Source: Leptonemataceae bacterium
Lineage (GTDB): Bacteria > Spirochaetota > Leptospiria > Leptospirales > Leptonemataceae
Assembly: GCA_965227295.1 (NCBI GenBank)
Contig: OZ245742.1
Location: 5,760,001 to 5,824,000, forward strand
Direction: 5' to 3'
DNA: 64,000 nucleotides
This document shows positions 8,995 through 19,228 of this stretch, in pieces (within the stretch, counting starts at the first letter, position 1; every line of letters starts with the position of its first letter). Under the pieces are notes generated by a model that saw nothing but the letters and a program-made list of their open reading frames with translations, searched no databases and was not told the DNA's origin. The translations under genes and the position numbers were made by a program.

Positions 8995-10899
8995 TCAGCC
9001 AGGCGCACCGGTTTCCCGTTCCATCCGTTCCCGGGCCGCGTGCTCCAGGGCCCGCCGGTCACCGTAGACCACGGCCAGTTTTTTGGCCCGGGTCAAAGCG
9101 GTGTACAGCGCCCGGCGATTCAACAGAGGATGATCGCTCTGTTCCGGCAGAAAAAACAACACCTCGCCGTACTCCGAACCCTGGGACTTGTGCACCGTCA
9201 GAGCAAAAGCCGGTTCGTAGGCGTGCAACATTTCCGGCAGGAAACTTCTAAACTGCTGATCGCCGGAAGCTAATTCAAATACGAAACGCAAGCGTCCGCG
9301 GCCGTCCGGCACCGCCAGGCCCACGTCCCCGTTGTAGAGGTCCCGCCGGGGATCGTTGCGAGTGATCATCACCGGCGTGCCGGGACTGAGTTCGTCTGAG
9401 CGTACATTAGCATTCAAACGTGACGAGAGCCAGAGTTGTGCGCGACGGTTCAGGGCGGAAAAGCCGCTCGCCCCGCGCCGCGTGAGCGTGAGCATCCGCG
9501 ACCGGTCCAGATAACCGAAGAGCTCCGCATAAACATCCCGACGTTCCTCCGCCGCCGCGGGTAAACGCTGCAATTTGTCCAACAATGCAAAGTAACGTGC
9601 ATCGTACGAACGAAGGAGCCACGAATGCACGACATCCTTCAAGTCCGCGTCTTCAGCGGCCAGGTGATGGCAACCGACGGCCGGCCAGAGCTCCCGGCAG
9701 CGGGGAAAGGCGTCCAGGTCCGCATCGCCGGCGTTCACCGCACGGGCCGCATGCAAGATGGCGTCGCCGGAACGATGGCTGCTCCGGAGTTCCACGACCG
9801 CCGGCGCGGTTTCACCCTGGCCGCGCAGAAAATCCGCCAGAACCGCCCCGGCCTCCACGGACGGTAGCTGATCGCGATCGCCGATTAAGATGAGACGGGT
9901 GCGCCCGCCATCGACATCCAGGGCCTCCAGCAACCGGGCCATGAGCGCCGCGTCCACCATGGAAACCTCATCCACGATCACGATGCCCGGCGGCAGCGGA
10001 TGATCTGCGCCGTGCATAAAGCTGTGCCGTCCGGCGTGATAACGCAACAGGCGGTGTAACGTTTTCCCGCTTAAACTTAAGAGCTGCGCGTCCGCCTCCT
10101 CCGCGTCACCGAGACTGCGAATCCCCCGACGCACGGATTCCGTCATGCGCTGTGCCGCTCGCCCGGTGGGCGCCGCGAGGTAAATGTCCTTCGCCGCAAA
10201 CCCCAGTCGCGCGAGGGCCCGCAGCAGAGTCACGATCGTGGACGTCTTTCCGGTCCCCGGGCCGCCGGTGATGATCATGAACGGCCGGACCAGCGCGGTC
10301 TCAACGGCCTCGCGTTGTTCCGGTGTGAGCCGCAGGCCCTCGCCCCGATCATTGCGAATGGGCCGCTCATCGATGACCTCCGCCAGGACACCACTAACAT
10401 CTTTTTTGTGAATATTAACAAGCCCGCTGGAGAGCGCGGCGGCCCGATCGCGAATGATTCGCCGGGCCTCGTAGCCGCGCTGAAAAAAAAGATAACCGGT
10501 CCCGTCGTCGTCGAACTCCAGAAACAAGGGCCGGTAGCGATCATCGTCCGTGGCCAGCAGCGGGCCTGCAAAGGCCCGTAGATCTCCGGAAAGACAGAAG
10601 CGCGTCAGTCGATCCGCAATGCGCCCGGCCGGTTCCGCGGATATGGCCGTCGCCCGGCGCAGCAGACGCGCCAGGGCCTCGGGCTCGAGGCGCAGACACA
10701 GGCTGCCTTCCTCCAGGGCAAAAAACAACGCCACGAGCAGCACGGGCAGTTCCTGAGCACCGGGAGCATAGGCGCACAGGTCTCGAATGGTCGCGAGACG
10801 TCCGGAAGCACGCAGGGGATCCGCAGCAAACATCAGATCAAACAAAGTTTGCTCTTCTGCATTCAGCGTTTGCAGGATCGCCGCATGGGCCGGCGGCAA
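8995..10899 (-). CDS. recD: Exodeoxyribonuclease V alpha subunit
   Basis: GGPGTGKT, APTGRAAQR, VDEVSMVD, GDRDQLPSVEAG, TVHKSQGSEY, LYTALTRA; downstream of recB. Confidence 0.95.
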   Translation of the reverse strand: MPPAHAAILQTLNAEEQTLFDLMFAADPLRASGRLATIRDLCAYAPGAQELPVLLVALFFALEEGSLCLRLEPEALARLLRRATAISAEPAGRIADRLTRFCLSGDLRAFAGPLLATDDDRYRPLFLEFDDDGTGYLFFQRGYEARRIIRDRAAALSSGLVNIHKKDVSGVLAEVIDERPIRNDRGEGLRLTPEQREAVETALVRPFMIITGGPGTGKTSTIVTLLRALARLGFAAKDIYLAAPTGRAAQRMTESVRRGIRSLGDAEEADAQLLSLSGKTLHRLLRYHAGRHSFMHGADHPLPPGIVIVDEVSMVDAALMARLLEALDVDGGRTRLILIGDRDQLPSVEAGAVLADFLRGQGETAPAVVELRSSHRSGDAILHAARAVNAGDADLDAFPRCRELWPAVGCHHLAAEDADLKDVVHSWLLRSYDARYFALLDKLQRLPAAAEERRDVYAELFGYLDRSRMLTLTRRGASGFSALNRRAQLWLSSRLNANVRSDELSPGTPVMITRNDPRRDLYNGDVGLAVPDGRGRLRFVFELASGDQQFRSFLPEMLHAYEPAFALTVHKSQGSEYGEVLFFLPEQSDHPLLNRRALYTALTRAKKLAVVYGDRRALEHAARERMERETGAPG

Positions 10900-10933
10900 A
10901 AGTTCACGCTCCGGCCTTATGTCGCTTTTTAGT

Positions 10934-13900
10934 TCAGACGTATGCAGGGAGTTCCTCCGTCAGCGCGAGCAGCTCGCGTTCCTCCGGGCGCACGAAGTAG
11001 ACGCCCCGCCCGGGACGCCCCGGGTCCATGCCGCGCAGAAAAAAGTAAAACACGCCGCCGAAATCGCGTTCGTAGTGAAAATCGGGGACGGTCTGTTCCA
11101 GCCACAGTAACAACGCGTGACCGTAGATGCGCGCCTGAAGATGATAGTCGTGGTGCTCCATGGCCTGTTGCAGGGCGGGGGCGTCGTAGTCGCCGTTCTC
11201 CAGGTCGTTGGACTTCCAGTCCGCCAGGTAGTACCGGCCCTCGTGGCGAAAGACGAGATCGATGAATCCCCAAACATAACCGTCGATTACATTTAGCTCG
11301 GTTGATTCTAAGGGCGGCGAGGTCCGCAGGCGCGGGACGTGAAAGTAAAACTCCATCTCATGGATACGATCGACGGGCCTGAGATCGCACAGGCGCAAAC
11401 CGCCGGCCGGTTCGAGGCTCGCCGTCAGCGTTCGCGCCAGCACGGCGTGCACCGGCGACAGCAGGCCGTGTTCCGGATCGGGATCCCCGAAACGCCGCAA
11501 CCGTTCCACGATCAGCTCGCGGTTCTCGGTCGAAAGATCATCGGGACGCGGCAACATGCCCGTTCCGCCGGAGCGGGCGTAGTCGGCATAGTCGACGTGT
11601 TCCAGAAGATCGTGAAACATCACGCCGGCCTCCGGGCCGCGCGGCAGGACATCGCCGGCGCTGTTCACGGCGGCGTCTTCGTCGAGGCCCCGGGCAACCT
11701 GCGGTGCCGCGGCGAACAATACGTTCTCGTCCCCGGCGGCCACCGGCTCGCCGAACTGCAACAAACGTTCCCGATGCCGGGCCGCTCCCCGCACCAGGGT
11801 CGTGTAGGAGACCAGGTCCACCCGGCGCCCGGCGGCGTCGCGCGGTGGTGCGGGGAAAGACTCTGTGATTAACTTATTTTCCTTGGAAGTTAGAGTCGAC
11901 GCCGTAACTTCCGGCCCGATGATCGCAGTGCGTCGCTTCGTTCCAGGGACAAAGCCGGCATCCTCGCTTTGACCGAGGCCGGATTGATCCACGGCATCGC
12001 GAACAAAACGAGCCACCGGACCGGCGGAAGTCCGCCCGGCCCCACTCGCACGATAGTACGGTACATACAGCTTCAGTGACGCGCGGGTAAAAGCCACGTA
12101 AAACAGACGACGATCCTCCGCGTCGGCCTCGTCCGCCTGCCGCTGCACATCCGACTTGAGCAGGTCGTAGACCTTCGTTCCATTCTCGTCGTGATACTCG
12201 AAGTACTCGCGCTGATAGTGCGCGATCTGCGTGAGCCCGCCGGCGACGAACACCACCGGGAACTCGAGCCCCTTTGCGGCGTGAATCGTCATGATGCGCA
12301 CGCGCGGCGCCTCGCTTTCCTCGCGATGGATGTCCTGTTCGTCTTCGATGGAAAAGCCGGAAGCGTTGCCGCCCCGCAGCGCATGCAGATGTTCCAGTAG
12401 CCCGGTGAGATCCAGGCTGCGCCTCGACGCCGCTTCCAGCAAATCGTCCATGATTTGTTCGTAGTTCACCAGCCGCCGCTCCCAGGCCGGGTCGGGGCCG
12501 TCGGCGTACGGAGCAAGGCCGAGACTCTCCTGCATGAGCCGGCGAAAGAACTGCGGCCAGGCCCGGCGTCCGGCGTACTCACGGAGGCGTAGCAGCAGTT
12601 CGCGGGCCGGACCCTCTTCGAGGTTGCTGTCGACATTCCGCAACTCGTCCGGGCGCAACCGGAAAAAACGACTCAGCAAAACCTTGCGAAAACGAGCCGC
12701 ATCCGCCGGACGTTCGACCGCGGCGAGCAGCAGGGCGATTTCGTAGGCCTCGATACTGTCGTACAGTCCCGGCTTTTTATAGAAGGTATGCGGAACACGC
12801 CGGTGATCAAAGGCCGCTTCGACGGCCTCCACATCGCCGCGACCGCGGACCAATACGCAAACATCGCCGAAGTCCAGGGGGCGCACCGCCCCATCGCGTT
12901 CTATCTCGATCTTTCCACTTAATATAATCTCACTGACTTCTTGTGCAACAAACTCAGCGAAGCACCGACGTGCCGACGTGCCGCTGCCGGCCTCGTCCAG
13001 GTCCACGAACTGCACGGCCGGGCGCGCGGAGTCATCGCGCTTTGCGCGCAGACGGCGCGTTTCTTCACCGGCCGCGGCCAGTTCCGCGTAGCGAATGCCG
13101 ACGTCCTGCCCGAAGTAGGCCGGATCGGCGAACAGACGATTGAACACGTGCACCAGGGCGGGAGACGAACGAAAGTTCACGCCCAGACGATACAGCCCGG
13201 CCCGGCCCTCCGCGGCCAGCGATTCGATGAGTGCCCGAGCGCCGAAGTAGGCGTGCACGTCCGCGCCGCGGAAACCGTAGATGGCCTGTTTCGGATCCCC
13301 GACGATCATCAGCACGCCCCGAACGGGGCCGTAACTTTCTTCGATATAAAGTTTGCGGAAAATGCTCCACTGGACCGCGTCCGTGTCCTGGAACTCATCT
13401 ACGATGGCGTAACGGTAGCGTTCGCGGAGCGCCTGGAGCAGCATGCCGTCTCCCGGCAGCGCCCGGTCTACGAGTTCAATCATGTCCTGGAAACTCACGA
13501 GGCCGTGTTCTGCTTTGTATCGGGCGAGATCGCGCCCGAGGCTCGCGATGCTGTCCGCCGCGAGACCGCGGGCGACGGCGTCGACTTCCGTACCGCCGGC
13601 CGCAATGCGCAGTTCTTCGAGTACGGCGACGATCTCCGGGAGTTCGGGACAGGCCGTCAGGTTTTCGCCGGCGGCAGTCCAGTGACGTTCGCTTAACACC
13701 CGAAAGCCGATGTCCTCCGGATCGTCCAGGGCGGGGCGGCACGTTTTCAGGAACTCACGCCACAATGCCAGGGCCGGCAGTGATCCTTCGCGGAAATCCC
13801 CGAGAAGTTCCAGCAGCGGCAGCAGGATCTTCCGGACTTTCTTATTGCGGGAGTTCTTTTTTTGATTTAACGCTTCGAACCCGGCCACGAGCGCGCTGCG

Positions 13901-14605
13901 TTCCGGAACGCGCCCATCCACCGGCCCGGCGAGATCGACGAGAGCTGCTAACTTCTCTTGAACGAAAGCTTCCAGATCACGAAAGCGCTCGAGCCAGGCG
14001 GGGGAATCGTTTTCATCCGGCGGCGGCAGGATGCTTTCGTACTCCGGGCGGAAGTTTGCGGCGATGCGACGCACGGTGTTTTCGAACCGACTCTCCCCGT
14101 TGCGATCGATGTCCGGATAGCCGGACAGGTGCAACACGGCTTCCAGGTCCTCACCGTACCGCCGCGGCCACTCCGCGCGCATCTGCTGCTTCAACAGGTG
14201 TTCGAGCAACGGCCCATCGTCCACGACCTCGTACTCAAACGAACGGCCCAGTTCAAAACCGTAGTTCTGCAATACCTGGTGGCAGAAGCCGTGGATCGTA
14301 TAAATGCCCGCCGAATCGAAATTGTCCACCGCACGCCGCAGACGCGCACGTTGTTCCAGGTCGTCCGTACAAACGTGGACGGCTTCTTCGAGGCGCGTGC
14401 GAATGCGTTCCTTGAGTTCACCGGCGGCCTTTTCGGTAAACGTCACGACGAGGAGGCGGTCCACGTCCACGCCCTCGTCGCGCACGAGACGCAGCACGAG
14501 CCGTTCGATGGTGTAGGTCTTACCGGTACCCGCGGAGGCTTCGATGACCGCCGGTTGGTCCAGGCGGATCTCGTCCGGGCTGCGCACGTCGTGATACTCG
14601 TTCAC
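10934..14605 (-). CDS. recB: Exodeoxyribonuclease V beta subunit
   Basis: EASAGTGKT, VTFTEKAAGEL, VDEFQDTD, GDPKQAIYGFRGAD, TIHAAKGLEF; C-terminal nuclease GFIDLVF..DWKSN. Confidence 0.95.
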   Translation of the reverse strand: MNEYHDVRSPDEIRLDQPAVIEASAGTGKTYTIERLVLRLVRDEGVDVDRLLVVTFTEKAAGELKERIRTRLEEAVHVCTDDLEQRARLRRAVDNFDSAGIYTIHGFCHQVLQNYGFELGRSFEYEVVDDGPLLEHLLKQQMRAEWPRRYGEDLEAVLHLSGYPDIDRNGESRFENTVRRIAANFRPEYESILPPPDENDSPAWLERFRDLEAFVQEKLAALVDLAGPVDGRVPERSALVAGFEALNQKKNSRNKKVRKILLPLLELLGDFREGSLPALALWREFLKTCRPALDDPEDIGFRVLSERHWTAAGENLTACPELPEIVAVLEELRIAAGGTEVDAVARGLAADSIASLGRDLARYKAEHGLVSFQDMIELVDRALPGDGMLLQALRERYRYAIVDEFQDTDAVQWSIFRKLYIEESYGPVRGVLMIVGDPKQAIYGFRGADVHAYFGARALIESLAAEGRAGLYRLGVNFRSSPALVHVFNRLFADPAYFGQDVGIRYAELAAAGEETRRLRAKRDDSARPAVQFVDLDEAGSGTSARRCFAEFVAQEVSEIILSGKIEIERDGAVRPLDFGDVCVLVRGRGDVEAVEAAFDHRRVPHTFYKKPGLYDSIEAYEIALLLAAVERPADAARFRKVLLSRFFRLRPDELRNVDSNLEEGPARELLLRLREYAGRRAWPQFFRRLMQESLGLAPYADGPDPAWERRLVNYEQIMDDLLEAASRRSLDLTGLLEHLHALRGGNASGFSIEDEQDIHREESEAPRVRIMTIHAAKGLEFPVVFVAGGLTQIAHYQREYFEYHDENGTKVYDLLKSDVQRQADEADAEDRRLFYVAFTRASLKLYVPYYRASGAGRTSAGPVARFVRDAVDQSGLGQSEDAGFVPGTKRRTAIIGPEVTASTLTSKENKLITESFPAPPRDAAGRRVDLVSYTTLVRGAARHRERLLQFGEPVAAGDENVLFAAAPQVARGLDEDAAVNSAGDVLPRGPEAGVMFHDLLEHVDYADYARSGGTGMLPRPDDLSTENRELIVERLRRFGDPDPEHGLLSPVHAVLARTLTASLEPAGGLRLCDLRPVDRIHEMEFYFHVPRLRTSPPLESTELNVIDGYVWGFIDLVFRHEGRYYLADWKSNDLENGDYDAPALQQAMEHHDYHLQARIYGHALLLWLEQTVPDFHYERDFGGVFYFFLRGMDPGRPGRGVYFVRPEERELLALTEELPAYV

Positions 14606-17600
14606 GCGGGGCCCCCGGCTTTGCTGACTTTCTTTGAGGAAGATTTAGCGGCCTTCTCCGGCGCGAGCAACGGTCCCGGCAACGCAAAGCGCCGTTGCAC
14701 GAGGTCGTAGACGTCCCGGGGCAGCAGGTCCTCGCCGCCGCGCTCCATGCTCGCAACAAGTCGCAGGAGACCGTCGCGATCTTCCCGTTCCGCCTCGCGG
14801 AGCTCGTGAATTTCCCGGCGATACTGCGCACGGGTTTCCGCATCCGCGCCGTGGCCGGTCGCCCAGGGTCGCATCGTGGTCTTGCCGAGAACCGCCGCCA
14901 GGGGGACGTCGTGAAACGTACCGAACAGGAAATCCTCACAGAGCGATTGCAGATAAGCGCGCGCCGTCGCCCGGCCGGGATCGGTCAGCACAATGCGATC
15001 CGACTTCTCCCGGGCCACCACCTGGACTTCGAAGGCCGGGGCCGGCTCCGCGAAATCCGCGGCGGCTTCCGCGGCATACAGCATCATCGCGAATAGAAAG
15101 CCGCCGAGATAGTCTTCCGGACGGACCCCGCTCGCTCCGCTGATCGTAAGGCAACCGGCCAGGCGTCCCTGTTCGTCGAGCCAGGCAACGTGACCGGCGG
15201 AGCCGTTGAGTTCCAGCGGGAGTGTCTCATCCTGCAAACTCAACTGCAGCGCCGGTCGCTGCAACATTGTAAGCGCGCTGTCGTTCGCAAAGCGACGCGC
15301 CGCGGCGTCCTCGCCGAAGACCACCAGGCAGCGGCGATCGAACGGGTGCTTCGCATGCCAGGCCTGCAAGATAGCGCTGCGTCGGCGGATCAAGTTCACA
15401 AGCAAACGACGGTCGCGACCGGCGAAGGCGCCGTGGGGCATGCGACCGCGCAACATCTCACGCTGATAACGCTTTAGAATGATTTCGGTAACCGCTTCCG
15501 GCAACTCGTCGACACTGACATTCCGGCCCAGGGCCGCATGCAACGCGTCCACGGGTAAGCGGATGTTCTCCGGAAACTTCGAGTAGAACGGTTCGTCTTC
15601 TTTGCGCGTGCGTTGTACGCCTTCGTCTTCGGTATCCGGGCGCAGGCCGTGGCGGCGGCGCAACAGGGCTTCGGCCGGGGATACGAGAAAGGCCTTTAAA
15701 TCGCGCAGGTCCACCAGCTCGCCGACGGATTCATGCATGGCGCCGGTTGCCTGGAGTTCCGCCGGGCGAAAGCTGCGCCGCAGAAGGCTTGCCGGCAAGT
15801 CGCTTAGCTTTTCCTGTGCGTCACTTAGCAGGGATCGCCGCGCCGCGTTCAGCAGCGCCACCGAACGATCCTCGACGGAGAAGTTCGCCATGACGTCGGC
15901 GTTCTCTTCGCAGCGTTGCAGGTAGCGCTCGCCGGAGAGGCGCAGCGGTACGAAGTCCCGCCGGAACGCCGCGCCGCCGAGGAACTCTTCGCTCAGAACG
16001 CTCTCGAACTCGGCCACGGGAGAACACGGCTGGAACTCACGGTCCTTGCGGGTATCCCGGCATTCGTAGAGCAGGTACAGTCGATCCTTTACCGACAGGA
16101 GCAGGTTTTCGAGAAAGAGCAGCCGGTGGACCTCGGGCGCGTTTGCATCGCCGATGCGCCGCTTCGCGGTCAATAGATTCAACGCCGAAACGTCGGCACG
16201 GCCGGGGAAATCCCCGCTCTCGCCGAGACCTGGAATGTACACGATGCGAAAGGGCACCGGGCGCATGGGACGCAGAGATGCGATGGTTACGCCGCCGGAG
16301 AGATAGCCGCCGCGGCTGCCGGAGATGCTGCGACCGTGATCGAGAAGATAGGCCCGCAGCAGGGCGAAGCTTAATGTTTGACCGGTAACACTTAAGAAGT
16401 TTTGAAAATCGGCCAGGGCGGCGAAGATCTCGTCCCGCACCCGGGATTCCGCCGGGCGTTCCGGCGGCGGCGCCAGGTACTCGTGCAGGATGGCCCGCAG
16501 TTCATCCAGGGCCTCCGGTTTTCCCGCGGCGCAGGACTCCGTACACTGCCGCAAACGAAAACGCAAATCTTCCAGCACCGTCGACAGCACGGCCAGGCTG
16601 CGTTCGTCCCGGCTGTGCATGTCCTCGAACGGCTCGACGTCTTCGAAGACGGCCTCGTCGTTGCTCTGCATGATGCGTCCGAGCCGCAGGCGCCGCAGGG
16701 CGTGCTGCCAGGTATACAAACCGTCGTCGTTCACTTCCAGTTCGCGCTGATGACTCGCGTCGAAGCCGCGGTAGACGTTCAACCGATCGGCCCAGTCCAC
16801 CCAGGCCAGGACCTGTTCGCGGGCCACGCCGTGGGCCGCGGGGGACGCGAGAAAGGCGTCGTTCATCGCGAACTCGAAGACGTCTTTGCGTGTGAACGCC
16901 GACTCGCAGAGGTCAAGCAGCGCCGTGAGGCCCGCCGTGTAGACGCTCTCGTTCCCGGCGGAGAAGTCGGTCAGATTGTACGGAAGCAGCGGACGATCGA
17001 ACTCGTCACGCCCCGCATCAAAGACGGCCTCGATGATTCCGCGATACCGTTCCATGTCCGGCAGCAGGACGGCGATGTCGGTAAGACGCAGCGAAGGATC
17101 GGCCTGCATGTTTTGTAAGATGCTGTGAAAGACCGTTTCGATTTCCCGGCGGCGACCGGGACAACCGACGATGCGCACGCTGTCATCCTGCCGCACGGTT
17201 CCGCGCGCGCCGTCGTTCGCACGGCGCGGATTTCCGGCAAGGGAACGCTGAATGTGATGCAGCAACGTCCGCGCCGGTGCACGGCTCCGCGTGTCCGCGT
17301 AAAAGACGTCGTTGGGCCGGGCGTTCGCCGCGAGCAGATAAAACATTTCCCGCGCCGGTTTGCCCCAGAGATCGAAGAGCCGCGCCCCGCTGTCCGTGCG
17401 CAAACGTTCGTCACCGAGCCCGTCGACATCGATCATCTCCGGGTCGGCGACGGACGTGCACGCCGTCCAATCATCCTCGCCCGGCGACGTGCTTTCAAAG
17501 ACGCCGGCGTAGGCCCGGTGCGCCGCCGGCAGATAAAAACGAAAGTCCGCGAACTCACCGAGCTCGAAGATCATTCGCGTGTGCAACCGCGAGAGCTGCG

Positions 17601-18417
17601 AGATACCGAAAACATGCACGGTACGATCCGGCAACGGTTGCAAATCCTTACGACGATCCACTAATACGCGGCGCGCGTACTCCGCGAGGCTGACGACGCC
17701 CAGGCGATCGATCAACCCGGCCTGGCGCTCCCCGTCGCGTTCGAAGCCGAAGACACGCCGGTACAATTCACGCTGGGCGCGGAACATCGGCCGCACGTTC
17801 TCCGCCGTGCCGCCCTCGGTTTCGATGGGACCGGGATCGATGGACGGACGCTTAAGCCAGGTGGACAGCGTGGAATGGCGATGGTACTCGTACTCGCGAA
17901 AGAGACCGGCCAGACGCCGCGCGAGATAGTAGCCCCGGCGTTCGGCCGCGCCCGGTCTCTCCGCGCCCCGCTGCAGGTATTCGTGCAGCACGGCCAGCTC
18001 CGGCGCGCGCATGACCTCGTCGTCGGCGAAGACACCGAGAATTGCAAAGATTAGATGATCGTCAGTTAAGAGACGCGGTCGTTCCTTTGCCGGATCCAGC
18101 TCCGTAAGGATCGTGAAAAAACCTTCTTCGAGAAACTGAAAGTTCACGTGGGCGCATACGCCGCGGGCGCCCGGGCCGCCGTCCTGCCGGGACAAACGCA
18201 TCTGCAACCAGCGGCGCAGGTTGCGGTTCGGCACGAGCACGAGCGGCGGCGCGAAGGGATCGTAGCGATCGTGCATGGTGTCGCCCGTAACGGAGGCGAA
18301 CAGCCTGCGTGCCAGGCGTTCGAGATCATCGCTGAAGTACGCTTCGATCCGGCGACCGGCGTGCCGGCGCTCGGGGGAGAACAACTCCAGCTGTGCTTCG
18401 GAGGACGGGCGCTTCAC
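14602..18417 (-). CDS. recC: Exodeoxyribonuclease V gamma subunit
   Basis: VLVPN...WL, RREIE, DIAVLLPD, LRPMRPVPFRIV..G; first gene of the recC-recB-recD operon. Confidence 0.9.
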   Translation of the reverse strand: MKRPSSEAQLELFSPERRHAGRRIEAYFSDDLERLARRLFASVTGDTMHDRYDPFAPPLVLVPNRNLRRWLQMRLSRQDGGPGARGVCAHVNFQFLEEGFFTILTELDPAKERPRLLTDDHLIFAILGVFADDEVMRAPELAVLHEYLQRGAERPGAAERRGYYLARRLAGLFREYEYHRHSTLSTWLKRPSIDPGPIETEGGTAENVRPMFRAQRELYRRVFGFERDGERQAGLIDRLGVVSLAEYARRVLVDRRKDLQPLPDRTVHVFGISQLSRLHTRMIFELGEFADFRFYLPAAHRAYAGVFESTSPGEDDWTACTSVADPEMIDVDGLGDERLRTDSGARLFDLWGKPAREMFYLLAANARPNDVFYADTRSRAPARTLLHHIQRSLAGNPRRANDGARGTVRQDDSVRIVGCPGRRREIETVFHSILQNMQADPSLRLTDIAVLLPDMERYRGIIEAVFDAGRDEFDRPLLPYNLTDFSAGNESVYTAGLTALLDLCESAFTRKDVFEFAMNDAFLASPAAHGVAREQVLAWVDWADRLNVYRGFDASHQRELEVNDDGLYTWQHALRRLRLGRIMQSNDEAVFEDVEPFEDMHSRDERSLAVLSTVLEDLRFRLRQCTESCAAGKPEALDELRAILHEYLAPPPERPAESRVRDEIFAALADFQNFLSVTGQTLSFALLRAYLLDHGRSISGSRGGYLSGGVTIASLRPMRPVPFRIVYIPGLGESGDFPGRADVSALNLLTAKRRIGDANAPEVHRLLFLENLLLSVKDRLYLLYECRDTRKDREFQPCSPVAEFESVLSEEFLGGAAFRRDFVPLRLSGERYLQRCEENADVMANFSVEDRSVALLNAARRSLLSDAQEKLSDLPASLLRRSFRPAELQATGAMHESVGELVDLRDLKAFLVSPAEALLRRRHGLRPDTEDEGVQRTRKEDEPFYSKFPENIRLPVDALHAALGRNVSVDELPEAVTEIILKRYQREMLRGRMPHGAFAGRDRRLLVNLIRRRSAILQAWHAKHPFDRRCLVVFGEDAAARRFANDSALTMLQRPALQLSLQDETLPLELNGSAGHVAWLDEQGRLAGCLTISGASGVRPEDYLGGFLFAMMLYAAEAAADFAEPAPAFEVQVVAREKSDRIVLTDPGRATARAYLQSLCEDFLFGTFHDVPLAAVLGKTTMRPWATGHGADAETRAQYRREIHELREAEREDRDGLLRLVASMERGGEDLLPRDVYDLVQRRFALPGPLLAPEKAAKSSSKKVSKAGGPA

Positions 18418-18450
18418 GGCTACTAAGGTATGCGCAAATGATCTTAGTGA

Positions 18451-18492
18451 TTATCCACAGGATAGTCGCAGCCGCCGGAGGCGTGTGGATAA
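18451..18492. promoter_or_regulatory. Pair of perfect DnaA boxes in inverted orientation upstream of recC
   Basis: TTATCCACA at 18451-18459 and TGTGGATAA at 18484-18492 in an AT-rich intergenic region. Confidence 0.65.
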
Positions 18493-18547
18493 TTATGTCA
18501 CATTAGATTATGTCGCTTTTAGTTTGTATGCCGCGGCGTGGTGCCGG

Positions 18548-19048
18548 TCAATCGTTTTGTGCTTCGTCCGGTTCGCCCGGGTCCACCGCCACCATGACGT
18601 TGGCGAGGCCGTTCTCGGCAAACTCGTTCAGATACACGTGCATGAGATTATGGAAGAGATCGTCCTCGCTCATGCCTTCCGGGAGCTGCTCCTTGTTTTC
18701 GATCATGATCTCGGCGTCGCGGGAAGCCAGGCCCTGCCCCAGAGACGCCCAGAAGTTCTGCCGCCCGAAGTTCTCCACAAACTCCAGGGCCGCGGATTCG
18801 AAATCTTCGGACACCGTAATACCCTCCTCGCCGGACTGCGCCACAAGGTCGGCCGCACCGAAATCCTGCGCCCGCTGAAAGAGTTTCACCAGGGTCTCGT
18901 CGTAGACCTCCGGCAGCATCGATTCCTCGTCGCCATCTTCGTCACCGTCGTCCTCGTCTTGCGCCAACGACAGGACGACGGAACCGAGGTAGGCCATCAT
19001 CGCCAGCGCGCGGTACTGATCTTCACTGAGTTCCAGGTTCGTATTCAT
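18548..19048 (-). CDS. Hypothetical acidic protein
   Basis: 166-aa ORF with ATG start and coding-like codon usage; very D/E rich. Confidence 0.7.
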   Translation of the reverse strand: MNTNLELSEDQYRALAMMAYLGSVVLSLAQDEDDGDEDGDEESMLPEVYDETLVKLFQRAQDFGAADLVAQSGEEGITVSEDFESAALEFVENFGRQNFWASLGQGLASRDAEIMIENKEQLPEGMSEDDLFHNLMHVYLNEFAENGLANVMVAVDPGEPDEAQND

Positions 19049-19228
19049 AGTGCAACGACGGCGAAGGCCATGGAACCCGCTGTCCAGCCGAAAACGGAAA
19101 GGCGCTTGACGAAATCCCGCAATCGCAGGATTCTCACTTTCGGTTCGTCTATGACTGTTTGATCCACCCCCGCCGTTTTGCCCCGGTCCATACCGGAGAG
19201 GCGCTTTCGCGCCGAAACAGGATCAATC

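Noticed and set aside
10899..10920. recD starting at an in-frame ATA (mutated ATG) at 10920
   Set aside because: TTG at 10899 has a GGAG at suitable spacing, so no lesion needs to be invoked
8995..18417. Novel helicase-nuclease defence system
   Set aside because: Motifs and gene order match the ordinary recC-recB-recD operon
18420..18545. Replication origin
   Set aside because: Only two DnaA boxes in a short region, with no dnaA/dnaN/gyrB context
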